A DNA stretch of 64,000 bases, from contig JAXLYJ010000005.1 of NCBI GenBank assembly GCA_046351515.1, positions 306,892-370,891 on the forward strand, given 5' to 3'. Shown one piece after another: positions 9,117-18,790 of this stretch; positions within the stretch are counted from its first letter, which is position 1; every line of letters begins with the position of its first letter. The translations under genes and the position numbers were made by a program. The notes under the pieces were generated by a model. It saw nothing but the letters and a program-made list of their open reading frames with translations, did not search any database and was not told the origin of the DNA. This DNA comes from Polyangiales bacterium. Lineage in GTDB: Bacteria; Myxococcota_A; Polyangia; Polyangiales; Ga0077539.

Positions 9117-9955
9117 TCAGCGCGCGGTCAAATCTACAGAGTACAGCACTCGCGGCCGTAGGGAAAACTCCGGCGCAATGCGCTCGTAGAACGCGGCCAC
9201 CGCCTCGTCCACCCAAGGCACGCACGCGCGCTCGAACCCTCGCTCGGCGAGGTCTCGCAGCGCGCTTTTCGCCACGGCCGCGCCCCACCCACGGCCCCGC
9301 GCGCTCGCTCGTGCTCCGAGCGGACCGAAGGTCCCCGCCGCTGCGCAGTGCCCCGAGTGCGCAGCAAACGCTGCGATTTCTCTGTCCGATCGCGCTACGA
9401 AGAGCCCGCCGCGCCCGAACGCCGCCCGCGCTTCGTCCGCCCACGCCTCGGAGAAATCTGCGCGCACCCACCGCGCGAGCTCCCCGAACGCGTCGTCGTC
9501 ACAGACGCGCTCGACCGCCGTCGCGACCGTGGGCTCGGGCGGCTGCACCCCGCGCGTGGTGACCCACAAATCAAGATGCCGCGATTTTTCCTGCCCGCCG
9601 AGCGATCGAAACGCGAGCTCGTCCTGTGAACCCACAGACACCCCCGAGCGCAGGTACCACCGCGGCGGTCCACCGGACCACAGCCGCGTCGCGCCGAGCG
9701 CTCGACACTCCTCCGCGAGCCGCTCGATCCGCACTCGCTCCGAGCTCGCTCCCGCTGCTCCGAGCAGCCATGCCCTCGTCCCCTCGATCACCGCGATCGC
9801 TGCGCCCGAGTCGTCGTCGATGACCGCGCACAGCGAGGCGCGATGCGCCGCGACGAGCTCCTCGGTGATCTCTCTCTCGATCGAGCGCGCGAGCGATTCG
9901 TCTTCGATCCATCGCGCGACCACGGCCTGCGCGGCGCGTTCGAGTGCGGTCATCG
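9117..9955 (-). CDS. GNAT-family N-acetyltransferase (two-lobed)
   Basis: C-terminal 279 aa of ORF 9117..10547. The N-terminal part of that ORF overlaps yjbQ on the opposite strand and was rejected. GNAT motif A-like [34 protein letters not shown]. Confidence 0.5.
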
Positions 9956-10019
9956 CGACCAACGGTCGCACACTCTTGATCGCCGCGCGCGCCCGCGCTC
10001 GGTGCAACACTGCGCGCCC

Positions 10020-10454
10020 ATGAAGAGCCACCGAAAGATCCTGGTCTTGCACGTCCCGGCGCGGACGGGCTTCGTCAACATCACCGAGCAAGTGCGCGAG
10101 GCTGTGCGCGAGAGCGGAGTTCGAGAAGGACTCTGCCTCGTCAACTCGATGCACATCACGTCGAGCGTCTTCATCAACGACGAAGAGTCCGGGCTCAAAC
10201 AAGACTACCTGCGGTGGCTCGAGAAGCTCGCGCCGTTCAACGCCGGAAGCGACCCCAACAAGGGCGGCTACCGCCACAACGCGACCGGCGAAGACAACGC
10301 TGACGCGCACATGAAGCGGCAGATCATGGGGCGCGAGGTCGTCGTCGCGATCACGAACAGCGCGCTCGATTTCGGGACGTGGGAGCAGATCTTTTACGGC
10401 GAGTTCGACGGCCTTCGCGACAAGCGCGTGCTCATCAAGATCATCGGAGAGTGA
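10020..10454 (+). CDS. yjbQ: YjbQ/UPF0047 family protein (secondary thiamin-phosphate synthase-like)
   Basis: Internal ATG ([25 protein letters not shown]...). Motifs [24 protein letters not shown] and [19 protein letters not shown] are strongly conserved YjbQ signatures. Confidence 0.85.
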   Translation: MKSHRKILVLHVPARTGFVNITEQVREAVRESGVREGLCLVNSMHITSSVFINDEESGLKQDYLRWLEKLAPFNAGSDPNKGGYRHNATGEDNADAHMKRQIMGREVVVAITNSALDFGTWEQIFYGEFDGLRDKRVLIKIIGE

Positions 10455-10458
10455 GCGA

Positions 10459-11712
10459 TCAGCGCCCGATGTCGCGCCACTGGGCGTCGCCGTACGCGAG
10501 TTGACCGCTCCACTCGGCGAGCGAGACGCCGTCGATTCGCGTGGCAAATTGCAAGTCGGTCATCAGCCACGTGTGCACGTTGCCCGGGATCATGAAGGTC
10601 TTGAACGTCGCGAACTCCCCGCCGATGTTCGTGCGCAGCTCCAAGAGCGCCGTCGTGAAATCCCCCGGCGGAAAGATCCCCGGCGCGTTGCACGACGGAT
10701 TGTACCCGTAGCTCATGAACGTCCGGATCACCTCGTCCCAGTCCGACGAGATGAGTCCGAAGCGCCGATCGGGGTAGCGCCGCAGGACGAAGCGCAGCGT
10801 CTCGAGCATGGACGCGTCGGGCGCGCGGCAAGCGACGCAGCCCGCGGGCATGGTGTTCGTGAGGTTCCACGCGGCGCGAAACTGGTTCATCAAGCAGGGC
10901 TTGAGGTACGTCGATGAAAAGATGGGCCCAGAATCATCGAGCAGGTGCACCGGCGTCGGCGCGAACACGCGCGCGGTGCGGTCGTAGTTCCACGCGGCGC
11001 CGAAGCCTCCGGCGCTCGATCCTGCGATGACGACCGAGCCCAGCGACGGAAACGTTGCTCGGATCCGCGCGAGAAACTGCCCCATGTTTCGGTAGCCGAG
11101 GTGCGCGCGCCCCGTGACCGCCGAGCGCTCGACGTCCCCGCCGTGAATGTCTCCCGAGCAGTACGGAATGAAGACGTAGTTCCAGCTCGCGAAGGGGTTG
11201 TTGTTCGCCGCGCGGTTGAAGGTGCCGCCCGAGCCGAGCGCGACCAGGACCGTGCGAAACGTCGCTTCGTTGAAGCCATCAGCGTGCAGCGTCCCGACCG
11301 CGCACGTCGCCGCGTCGAAGCACGCCCCGCCGCCTTCGAGCACGATGAGCAGGCGGTTCGAGCCGCGCGAGAAGTTCACGCCGAACCCCGTCGGCGTCCC
11401 GTTCATGCAGCGCGCCTCGGGGACGGGGACCCACTGCCACGCCTGCCCATTCGGCACGACCGGCGCTCCGACCGGCGGCTCTGCGGGGGGCTGCGGCCCG
11501 GGATCCATGCTGTCTGCGCCCACGTCGGCGCTCGCATCGGACGGCGCGAAGAACACGTCTTCGAACGGCGGCTCTTGGACATCGGGCGCGCTGTCACCGC
11601 CCACGTTCGCGCGATCCGTGCTCGCGTCGCGACCGACGATCGACGGCGCTCCGCACGCGAACAACAGCGCCGCGAAGAGCGAGAACAACGCACGAGACAA
11701 AGGGCACCGCAT
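10459..11712 (-). CDS. Secreted pectin-acetylesterase-family (PAE/Notum-like) hydrolase, lipoprotein
   Basis: Likely start MRCPLSRALFSLFAALLFACG (lipobox). LIVLEGGGACFDAATC, YCSGDIHGG and GSSAGG match PAE family motifs. Confidence 0.6.
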   Translation of the reverse strand: MRCPLSRALFSLFAALLFACGAPSIVGRDASTDRANVGGDSAPDVQEPPFEDVFFAPSDASADVGADSMDPGPQPPAEPPVGAPVVPNGQAWQWVPVPEARCMNGTPTGFGVNFSRGSNRLLIVLEGGGACFDAATCAVGTLHADGFNEATFRTVLVALGSGGTFNRAANNNPFASWNYVFIPYCSGDIHGGDVERSAVTGRAHLGYRNMGQFLARIRATFPSLGSVVIAGSSAGGFGAAWNYDRTARVFAPTPVHLLDDSGPIFSSTYLKPCLMNQFRAAWNLTNTMPAGCVACRAPDASMLETLRFVLRRYPDRRFGLISSDWDEVIRTFMSYGYNPSCNAPGIFPPGDFTTALLELRTNIGGEFATFKTFMIPGNVHTWLMTDLQFATRIDGVSLAEWSGQLAYGDAQWRDIGR

Positions 11713-11854
11713 CGAGCGCCGATGTTGGCATGCACGGCTCGGCGTGGCGCGGATCGACCGCCGCGCGCGAGCGGAGAAAACAAAAAGCCCCCGAGTGTCT
11801 CCACTCGAGGGCTCTTTGTTTTGTGCGGTGCGTCTCACTCGCTCCGCTCGGCTT

Positions 11855-11929
11855 TGGCGATCCCAACGGGACTTGAACCCGTGTTACCGACGTGAGAGGC
11901 CGATGTCCTAACCGCTAGACGATGGGACC
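11855..11929 (-). tRNA. tRNA-Glu (anticodon CUC)
   Basis: Hand-folded cloverleaf on the minus strand: GGTCCCA acceptor, anticodon loop CTCTCAC, T-loop TTCAAGT, discriminator G plus CCA. Confidence 0.8.
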
Positions 11930-11979
11930 AATTTCAGAGCGCTCCGTACCTCGAATGGTGTTCGTTGTACATTGCGATC

Positions 11980-12053
11980 TGGCTCGGGGACTAGGATTCG
12001 AACCTAGATAGACGGAGCCAGAATCCGTCGTCCTGCCGTTAGACGATCCCCGA
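11980..12053 (-). tRNA. tRNA-Gln (anticodon CUG)
   Basis: Minus-strand cloverleaf: TCGGGGA acceptor, anticodon loop TTCTGGC, 4-nt variable loop, T-loop TTCGAAT, G73 plus CCA. Resembles E. coli tRNA-Gln. Confidence 0.8.
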
Positions 12054-12179
12054 ATTGGATCTCTTGTTCGCTCACGCTGTTTCGTGAGCGGGGCGGTCTT
12101 GTATCTACCAGGAGCCGGGGTGTCAAGCATCGATGTCGAGAAAAAATCTCGGTCCGTGTTCGACCTGCAATTCCGCAGC

Positions 12180-13079
12180 TCAAATGCTCGTCACGAAGCG
12201 CTCGATCCTCGCCCACATCTCGGGGTGAACGCCCTCGGCGCCCAGCGTCACGCCGTGCGCGCTCGCGTTGTCGTACCGCTCGACCTCGAGCAAGAGCGCT
12301 CCGCCATCGTCCCCGCTCGCCTGCTGCTGCACGTCTCGCATCGCGTCCGACGCGCTCGTGTCGCCGCTCGCGGCGATCAACAACACTCGCTTTCGCGCTC
12401 GCAGCGCCTGCAGCAAGGGCGCCACCAACTGAATGCCTCGCGCCTCGGAGGACGGAGAGATCAACACGAGGCCCGCGACCGGCGCCCCCGAGCGCGCCGC
12501 GTACAGCGCCGCTGCCGTCGCTCCGATGCCCGAGCCCACAATCACGATCTGCGTCGTCCCGACGCGCTGGCGCAGGTAGTCCACGGCCGCGGCGACGTCG
12601 TGCTCGAGCCCCATCCACCGCGCTCGATCGTTGCCAAACGCGGTCCAGCGCAGCGTCCCGTCGTTGCTGTTCGTGCTCTCTCCGTGGCCGCGCAGGTCGA
12701 CGGCGAGAGTGCTGACGTGGTTGCGCCCTCGCTCGACGTCGTTGATCGGCCCCGCGATGCGCGGAGCGAACCGCGCCCACTCCCCGCGATTCGATGAGAG
12801 CTGATGGACGAAGAGCACCGCCGCGCCGCCGCGCCGCCGCAGCCGCAGGTCGCCGACGAGCGTCCAGCCGTCGGCGGTCGAAAACCGAACCAGCTCGGGG
12901 TCGGGCGCCGTCGCGTCGGGTGCTTCTCCGTTGGGACCTCGCGGACCGGCGTCGTTCGTCGAGCCGCTGCGTTGAGAGCAGGCGCTGAGCGCGATGCACA
13001 ACACGCTCAGGTTGAGCCACAGGCTGGTCACGCGCGAAGTGTACACTCTCGGACCGCATGGCGCGCACCGCTGCGGCAC
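12180..13079 (-). CDS. Secreted alpha/beta-hydrolase-fold lipoprotein
   Basis: 299-aa ORF. Lipobox CIALSAC, HGESTN and GSGIGA nucleophile-like elbow. Start uncertain: ATG 13079 overlaps the divergent cinA-like start, and GTG 13031 is an alternative. Confidence 0.5.
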   Translation of the reverse strand: MPQRCAPCGPRVYTSRVTSLWLNLSVLCIALSACSQRSGSTNDAGPRGPNGEAPDATAPDPELVRFSTADGWTLVGDLRLRRRGGAAVLFVHQLSSNRGEWARFAPRIAGPINDVERGRNHVSTLAVDLRGHGESTNSNDGTLRWTAFGNDRARWMGLEHDVAAAVDYLRQRVGTTQIVIVGSGIGATAAALYAARSGAPVAGLVLISPSSEARGIQLVAPLLQALRARKRVLLIAASGDTSASDAMRDVQQQASGDDGGALLLEVERYDNASAHGVTLGAEGVHPEMWARIERFVTSI

Positions 13080-13831
13080 TCGTGATCGGCAACGAAGTTC
13101 TGTCAGGAAAAATCCAGGACACCAACTCGAACGACCTCGCTCGTATGCTCCGCTCGGCCGGGGTCGAGCTGCGTCGCATCGTCACCGTCCCCGACGAGCG
13201 CGCCGTCATCGCCCACGCGCTCAACGAGCTTCGCGCGGCCGTCGACGTCGTCGTCACGTCTGGCGGCATCGGCCCCACACACGATGACGTCACCATCGAG
13301 TCCGTCGCCCTCGCGTTCGGCCGCCAAACGGTGCGCGACCCTGCGCTCGAAGCCGCGCTGCGCGCGCACTACCAAGAGCGCTGCACCGACGAACACCTCC
13401 GAATGGCCTCGGTCGTCGAGGGAACGATGCTCTTGCGCGGCCAGGACGGCCGCGCGCCGTGGCCCGCGATGCAAGTGGGCAACGTCTTCGTTTTGCCAGG
13501 AATTCCTCAGCTATTTCGCGCGCAGCTGGACCTGATTCGACCCGCTGTCGCCAACGCTGAGCGCTCGTTCGCGTACGCGTGCGTCGTGTGCCGCGGCGAC
13601 GAGCCGTCGCTCAAGCTCGACATCGACGCGGTGGTCTCGGCGTTCGACGACGTGTCCATCGGAAGCTATCCGCGCTGGTACGCAGACGACGCGAGCGAGG
13701 GGCTCGACGGTTTTTCCGTGAAGGTCACGTTCGACGGCGAGCAGCGCGAGCGCGTGGACGCCGCAGCCCGCGCGTTCGCCGCGCGCGTCGACCCTGCGCG
13801 CCTCGTGCGCGTCGAGCACGGCGGGCGCTGA
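13058..13831 (+). CDS. CinA-like/MoaB-MogA molybdopterin-binding domain protein
   Basis: ALVIGNEVLSGKIQDTNSN...VVVTSGGIGPTHDDVT is the canonical MoCF-biosynthesis/CinA N-terminal domain signature. Confidence 0.7.
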   Translation: MARTAAALVIGNEVLSGKIQDTNSNDLARMLRSAGVELRRIVTVPDERAVIAHALNELRAAVDVVVTSGGIGPTHDDVTIESVALAFGRQTVRDPALEAALRAHYQERCTDEHLRMASVVEGTMLLRGQDGRAPWPAMQVGNVFVLPGIPQLFRAQLDLIRPAVANAERSFAYACVVCRGDEPSLKLDIDAVVSAFDDVSIGSYPRWYADDASEGLDGFSVKVTFDGEQRERVDAAARAFAARVDPARLVRVEHGGR

Positions 13832-13888
13832 GCATCGACCGCAGGGCCCGTGCGAACGGCCCGCGTTTGTGCTAGCGATCCGTTCGCT

Positions 13889-14470
13889 ATGCGCTCGTTG
13901 TTTCTCTCGCTCTCGGTCTTCGCGATCGCGGCCTGCTCGCAGCCGCAGCCCTCGTCGCTCTCGGTCCGCGCGGATCCGCGCCCGACCGCGGCGCAGCCCT
14001 CGCAGCCTGCACACAACCCGCCGAGCGCGCAGGGCGGGACCGCGCAGATCGGTCACGCAGACCCGCACGGAGAGAGCAACCGCGCGCCATCGCTCCCAAT
14101 CGTGCCCGGAGGCACCCGACGCTTCGGCGAGCCGCTCGCAGCGGACGCGACGCGCACCACGCTCGACCAGGCGCTGCGCACGCACGAGCAGCTCCGCGAT
14201 CGCGCCGTCCGCGTCGACGGACAGATCGTCGCGGTGTGCCAGCACCAGGGCTGCTGGATGGAGATCCGCGACGGAAGCACGCAAGCCCACGTTCGGATGC
14301 ACGGGCACAGCTTCTTTCTCCCGCGCGACGTCAATGGAAAGCGCGCTTCGATGTCCGGCACGATCGTCGCTGCGCACCCGCCCACGGAGTGTGACGAGAG
14401 CGCGCGCGCGGCCACCGGGCAAGTCGCGCAGATCGAGTTCGACGCGACGGGCGTCGAGGTCTACGACTGA
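13889..14470 (+). CDS. DUF4920-like lipoprotein
   Basis: Signal plus lipobox (LSLSVFAIAACS). C-terminal QIVAVCQHQGCWMEIRDG...HSFFLPRD resembles DUF4920. Confidence 0.55.
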   Translation: MRSLFLSLSVFAIAACSQPQPSSLSVRADPRPTAAQPSQPAHNPPSAQGGTAQIGHADPHGESNRAPSLPIVPGGTRRFGEPLAADATRTTLDQALRTHEQLRDRAVRVDGQIVAVCQHQGCWMEIRDGSTQAHVRMHGHSFFLPRDVNGKRASMSGTIVAAHPPTECDESARAATGQVAQIEFDATGVEVYD

Positions 14471-14507
14471 TCAGCGCTTGGGGATCGCTCGTTGGGGGGG
14501 CACGGAC

Positions 14508-15745
14508 TCACGGACGAACGCGCACGCTCTGACCGAGCGCCGTCGTGATCGCCGGCATGCGCTCGCGGGAGATGCGCTCGTCGGCGTGGCGCATTGGAGC
14601 GACGTGCATGTCGCTGGAGAAATTCACGTTCCACGTCGCGACGGCGGACATCGAGACCAGAGAGAGCTGGCCGCCTTCGCCGACTTCGAACTGCACGCGC
14701 AGCAGCGCTCCGTCGCGCGTTCGCGGGTCGTACATGATCCCGAGCGGGTCGTCCGCCGCCCTCGCAGGAAGCCCTGCGTGCCATGCGCTTCCGAAATTCG
14801 AGAGCAGGTTGCCCAGCGAGTACGCGATCACCGCGTCTCCGCGCGGGCTCGTCGTGCGCTCGACCGTTTGCAAGACGCTCGGCCCCGCGCCCAGCACCAG
14901 GTCTGCTCCTGCGTCGATGAAGCGTCGCGCGAGCGCCCGCTGGTTGGCGTTGGGATTGGCCGCGCGATCGCGCCCCCAATGCGCGCACACGACCACGACC
15001 TCCGCGCGCTCGTGCGCGGTTCGCAGCGCGTCGAGCACTCGTTGGAGGTCCCTCGCGACGAACGCGCGCGCGTCAGCCGCACCAGGCGCAAACGCAGATC
15101 GCTCGGTGTATCCCAGCACTGCGACGCGCACTCCATCGCGCTCAGTGACCCACGGCGTGTACGCGTCGTCTTCCGAGCGGCCCGCGCCGATCGCCCCGAG
15201 CTGCGCTTGATCCAAGGCGTCGATGGTCTGCTCGAGTCCTTCGGGCCGTTGATCCATCGCGTGATTGGTCGCGAGGACGACCGCGTCGAAGCCCACTCGA
15301 GAGAGGTTGCGCGCGAACGTCGGATGCCCGCCGAGCGCAGGGTTGTCTCCGACCCACGGCGTGCGAGCGCTCACCGTCAGCGGCCCCTCGAGCGGAACGA
15401 TTGCCACCTCGCGCGGCGTGATGATCGGCGCCAGCCTGGTGAGCATGTACGCGAGCCCGCCCATCTCTCGGTACGACTGCGCGAGCTGAACGACGTGTCG
15501 ATGCAGCACGATGCTGCCCGTCGAGGTGACCACCACTCGGCGCGGACCCGCGGGTGCGGCGGGCGCGGCGTCTTCGATGGCGGCATCGGGCTCGTCGTTC
15601 GGCTCGACGACGTCGGGTACGGCGACCGCGGCTTCGACCACGGGCGAGGGCGCGGCGGCGTCGCGCGCCGGCGTTCGGCTGCACGCTGCGAACAACGTCG
15701 CCGCGAGCGGCGAGAGGCTTCGGTGATTCAACGCTCGAAACATCG
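14508..15745 (-). CDS. CapA/PgsA-family metallophosphatase-like protein (poly-gamma-glutamate capsule synthesis family)
   Basis: Internal start MFRALNH with lipoprotein-like signal. VLATNHAMD, VVVCAHWG and AYSLGNLLS are CapA (PF09587) motifs. Confidence 0.7.
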
Positions 15746-16681
15746 GTCTGGAATCTGTTGTTGGTGCCGAACGAGCTCCGTCGCTCGAACCAGTCGATCG
15801 GTCACAGGGTCGTGGTAGCCAGAGACCGCAGTCACGCCTTCGACCGCGGAGCTCCAGTAGCGATTGTGTCGGTGCATCCAGAGCTCGCGCGCGTACTTTC
15901 CGAAGACGCTCGCGAGCGAGATGGCGGGCTCGCTCGCGTCGCCGTCCATCACGAACGCCAGCGTTCCGACGGACGAGACGAAGTACTCGGATCGCTCGCG
16001 TCGCTCGCACTCGGTGCGCACCAACGCGAAGCGAGACGAGAGCGCCTCGTGGTACTTCGCGCGCGCGCCCACCTTTCCGAGCGAGGCTTCGACGAGCGCG
16101 TCTCTGGGGGCGAGCGCTTGCACGAGCGAGAGCATCGCGTCGAGGTCGACGTCCATGCGCGAGCGGCCTCGCGCCTTTTGCTCGTTGATCCGCCCTGCGC
16201 ACTGCACGGACACGCGCACCGCCTCGATCGCAAACCCGCGGTCTTTGAGCGCCTGCGCACGCTCGCGATCTTCGTCGCCGATCGCTCCCTCGAACGCGGG
16301 CAGCGGCACCGCGTCGTCGAAGCAGATCTTGGGCGCCACGCCTTCGGGGCAGAGCGCTCTGAGCGCCGCGCCGCTCTCGATCGTCGTGAGCCCTGCAAAT
16401 TCAGTGAGCGATCGCGGTTTCTCTCCGCAGTGAACCTCGAGCATCGCGAGCACGCGCGACTCGATCGCCTTCATGCTGCCGTGCGCGCAGAGCTCCTTGG
16501 AGTCGCCGATCCCCGCGCGCTCGACGGCGCGAAAGATCGCCTTTCGGTCGCGCAGCTTCGAGCGGTCGACGCGCACCCGCACTCCTGTCACGGTCATGGG
16601 CCCGAGCCGGGACCCGAGCCCGTTCTCGTCGACGCCCAACAGGATCGCTTCTTCGCTCACAACGGCGACGATGGGTACCAC
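15728..16681 (-). CDS. Divergent RNase HII-like protein
   Basis: N-terminal GVDENGLGSRLGPM and DSKEL align to RNase HII DEvGRGpl and DSKkL catalytic motifs. The rest of the 317-aa protein is diverged. Confidence 0.5.
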   Translation of the reverse strand: MVPIVAVVSEEAILLGVDENGLGSRLGPMTVTGVRVRVDRSKLRDRKAIFRAVERAGIGDSKELCAHGSMKAIESRVLAMLEVHCGEKPRSLTEFAGLTTIESGAALRALCPEGVAPKICFDDAVPLPAFEGAIGDEDRERAQALKDRGFAIEAVRVSVQCAGRINEQKARGRSRMDVDLDAMLSLVQALAPRDALVEASLGKVGARAKYHEALSSRFALVRTECERRERSEYFVSSVGTLAFVMDGDASEPAISLASVFGKYARELWMHRHNRYWSSAVEGVTAVSGYHDPVTDRLVRATELVRHQQQIPDRCFER

Positions 16682-16810
16682 AATGCGAAGCCCCCGCCGT
16701 CACCGGAACCTTCGTGCCGCGACGGTTGTCTCGTCGCTCTGTTCTTCGCAAAGCTCCCGCCGACGCCGCGCGTCTCTCGCGAGCCGTCTCTGTCTCAGCC
16801 GAGGTCCCTC

Positions 16811-18031
16811 ATGAAGCACTCTGCCTTCGCATTGCTCCTGCTCGCAGCCAGCGCGAACGCCTGCGCGACCACCGCTCCATCGCGCGCAACCACCGCAGCC
16901 AACACGCTCTCGGCGACGCGCGTTCGATCCGTGCAGGGCCCCGAGTTCAGAGTGGTCGGACGCGCGGACGGCTCGGGGGACGCATACGACGCGCGGCTGC
17001 TCTTCGAGCGCGCCGCGACCGCGCTGCAGACCCGGCGCTACGATGAGGCCGTCGCAGACTACGACCGGCTGATCCGAGAGTTTCCCCAGTCGAACCTGGT
17101 CGCCGCGTCGCAGTTCAACCGCGGACAAGCGTTTCAGAGCACCAACCGCGCGCCCGAGGCCATCGAGGCGTACACAGCTTCGGCGTCCGTGGCGCAGGGC
17201 AGCAACAACGACCTGGCTCGGGACGCTTGGTTTCGCGTGGCGGCCGTCGGTGAGAGCGCGAACCGACCGGCGGACATCATCACGGCGACGGATCGAGTGC
17301 TCGCGCTGCCAAGGATTTCGCTGGTCGATCGCGTCGAAGCGCTCGGCCGACAAGCGGCGGCGAGGCTCGCGCTCGGCGATCGACCGGGCGCCGCGCGCGT
17401 GGCGCAGGACGCGGTCTCGCTCGCGCCCACGGTCGAAGCGGTGAGCGCGCTCGGGGACGACACCTTCATCGCGCAGGCGCGGTTCGTGTTGGCCGAGGTC
17501 TCGAGGCTCGAAGGGGCGGCGATCACGATCCGCATCGACGCGCCGGACGCTGAGCTCAACCTCGCGATCGAGCGACGGGTGCAGCACGTGACGCACGCGC
17601 ACGTGCTCTACAACGACGCGATCCGCGTCGGAAACCCGCACTGGGCCGCGGCGTCGGGCTACGCGATCGGCGAGATGTACCGCGCGCTGTATGGGGCCAT
17701 CGTCGAGACCCCGCTGCCGTGCGACTGGGAAGAGCCCGCGATTCGCATCTATCGGCAACGCACGGGGACGCGGCTGCGTCCGCTCGTTCAAGGCGCGCTT
17801 CGGGCGTGGGAGGCCACCATCGGAATGGCTCGTCGCAACGCGATCGCCGACAACGCGTGGGTTCGACGCGCGGACGAGCAGGTCGAGTCGCTGCGCAACC
17901 TCGTGTTGCACGGGCCTGATCCGGCCCTGTTGCGCCCCGCGAGCAACTGCCTCGCGCCGAACAGCGCGAACAGCGCGAGCTCGACGAGCACTCAATCCAC
18001 GCCCTCGAACGTGAACGCCGCGCGGCCGTAA
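16811..18031 (+). CDS. TPR-repeat lipoprotein
   Basis: ATG 16811 (MKHSAFALLLLAASANACA) inside ORF 15554..18031, whose 5' part overlaps two minus-strand genes and is an artifact. YDEAVADYDRLIREFP and similar TPR-like helices. Confidence 0.6.
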   Translation: MKHSAFALLLLAASANACATTAPSRATTAANTLSATRVRSVQGPEFRVVGRADGSGDAYDARLLFERAATALQTRRYDEAVADYDRLIREFPQSNLVAASQFNRGQAFQSTNRAPEAIEAYTASASVAQGSNNDLARDAWFRVAAVGESANRPADIITATDRVLALPRISLVDRVEALGRQAAARLALGDRPGAARVAQDAVSLAPTVEAVSALGDDTFIAQARFVLAEVSRLEGAAITIRIDAPDAELNLAIERRVQHVTHAHVLYNDAIRVGNPHWAAASGYAIGEMYRALYGAIVETPLPCDWEEPAIRIYRQRTGTRLRPLVQGALRAWEATIGMARRNAIADNAWVRRADEQVESLRNLVLHGPDPALLRPASNCLAPNSANSASSTSTQSTPSNVNAARP

Positions 18032-18103
18032 AAACTATTCGTCGATGAGTCTTGACATGGCCTCATCACGGAAGTAGTAACCGCGGCCTCCAACGAGCGA
18101 GCT

Positions 18104-18176
18104 GCTGGCGTAGCTCAATCGGTAGAGCGCCAGTTTTGTAAACTGGTGGTTGTGGGTTCAAGTCCCGTCGCCAGCT
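18104..18176 (+). tRNA. tRNA-Thr (anticodon UGU)
   Basis: Cloverleaf GCTGGCG..., anticodon loop TTTGTAA, T-loop TTCAAGT. No encoded CCA. First gene of a thrU-tyrU-glyT-thrT-tufB-like cluster. Confidence 0.8.
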
Positions 18177-18222
18177 CTGAAACAGCAGCACGCAGCGACA
18201 CTGGGCTTGCGTGACATTTTCT

Positions 18223-18308
18223 CGGAGAGTTGCCCGAGCGGCCAAAGGGAGCAGACTGTAAATCTGCCGGCTTATGCCTACGGTGGTTCGAATCCACCAC
18301 TCTCCACC
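18223..18308 (+). tRNA. tRNA-Tyr (anticodon GUA)
   Basis: GGAGAGT acceptor, anticodon loop CTGTAAA, long variable arm (class II), TTCGAAT T-loop, A73 plus CCA. Confidence 0.85.
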
Positions 18309-18316
18309 ACTACCAA

Positions 18317-18392
18317 CGCGGGAGTAGCTCAGTTGGTAGAGCGTCAGCCTTCCAAGCTGAATGTCGCGGGTTCGAATCCCGTCTCCCGCTCC
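18317..18392 (+). tRNA. tRNA-Gly (anticodon UCC)
   Basis: GCGGGAG acceptor, anticodon loop CTTCCAA, TTCGAAT T-loop, CCA encoded. Confidence 0.85.
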
Positions 18393-18396
18393 ACAC

Positions 18397-18472
<76 letters not shown>

Positions 18473-18790
18473 TCAACCGCGAGTCGGGAGGGACTCGCAT
18501 CGCGACACGAGCGCGACGATCGCAGCGAAAGCAGCGGTCCGATCGCTCATCGGTTCGCGTGCGAGCCGTCTGAGCTCTCTTCGCCTGTGCGAGCGCGAAG
18601 CGAGAGCGAGCATTCGCGGGACGTACGGCCACAGAGGCCGCGCTGCTCCGTCACGGTGACGGATTCAACAACACAGCGCTGACCTCTGTCGTCGATCACG
18701 TCGCGTACGCGTCGCAGCGTCGCGCGTTTCTGCATTGGGGCAGGGGCGGCGGCGAGGCCACCGTGCGCGCGCATCGCAGGAGAAGCTCCA

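Noticed and set aside
8819-9955. GNAT plus RHH read as a type II toxin-antitoxin pair
   Set aside because: The GNAT is about 100 aa too long for TacT/AtaT-type toxins. The order is toxin-first with a 65-bp gap, and there is no translational coupling. More likely these are unrelated neighbours.
9956-10547. N-terminal 197 aa of ORF 9117..10547 (minus)
   Set aside because: It overlaps the well-conserved yjbQ gene on the plus strand. An internal Met at 9955 gives a GNAT-sized protein divergent from yjbQ.
15554-16810. 5' 419 codons of ORF 15554..18031
   Set aside because: It overlaps CapA-family and RNase HII-like genes on the opposite strand. A clean signal-peptide start (MKHSAF...) occurs at 16811.
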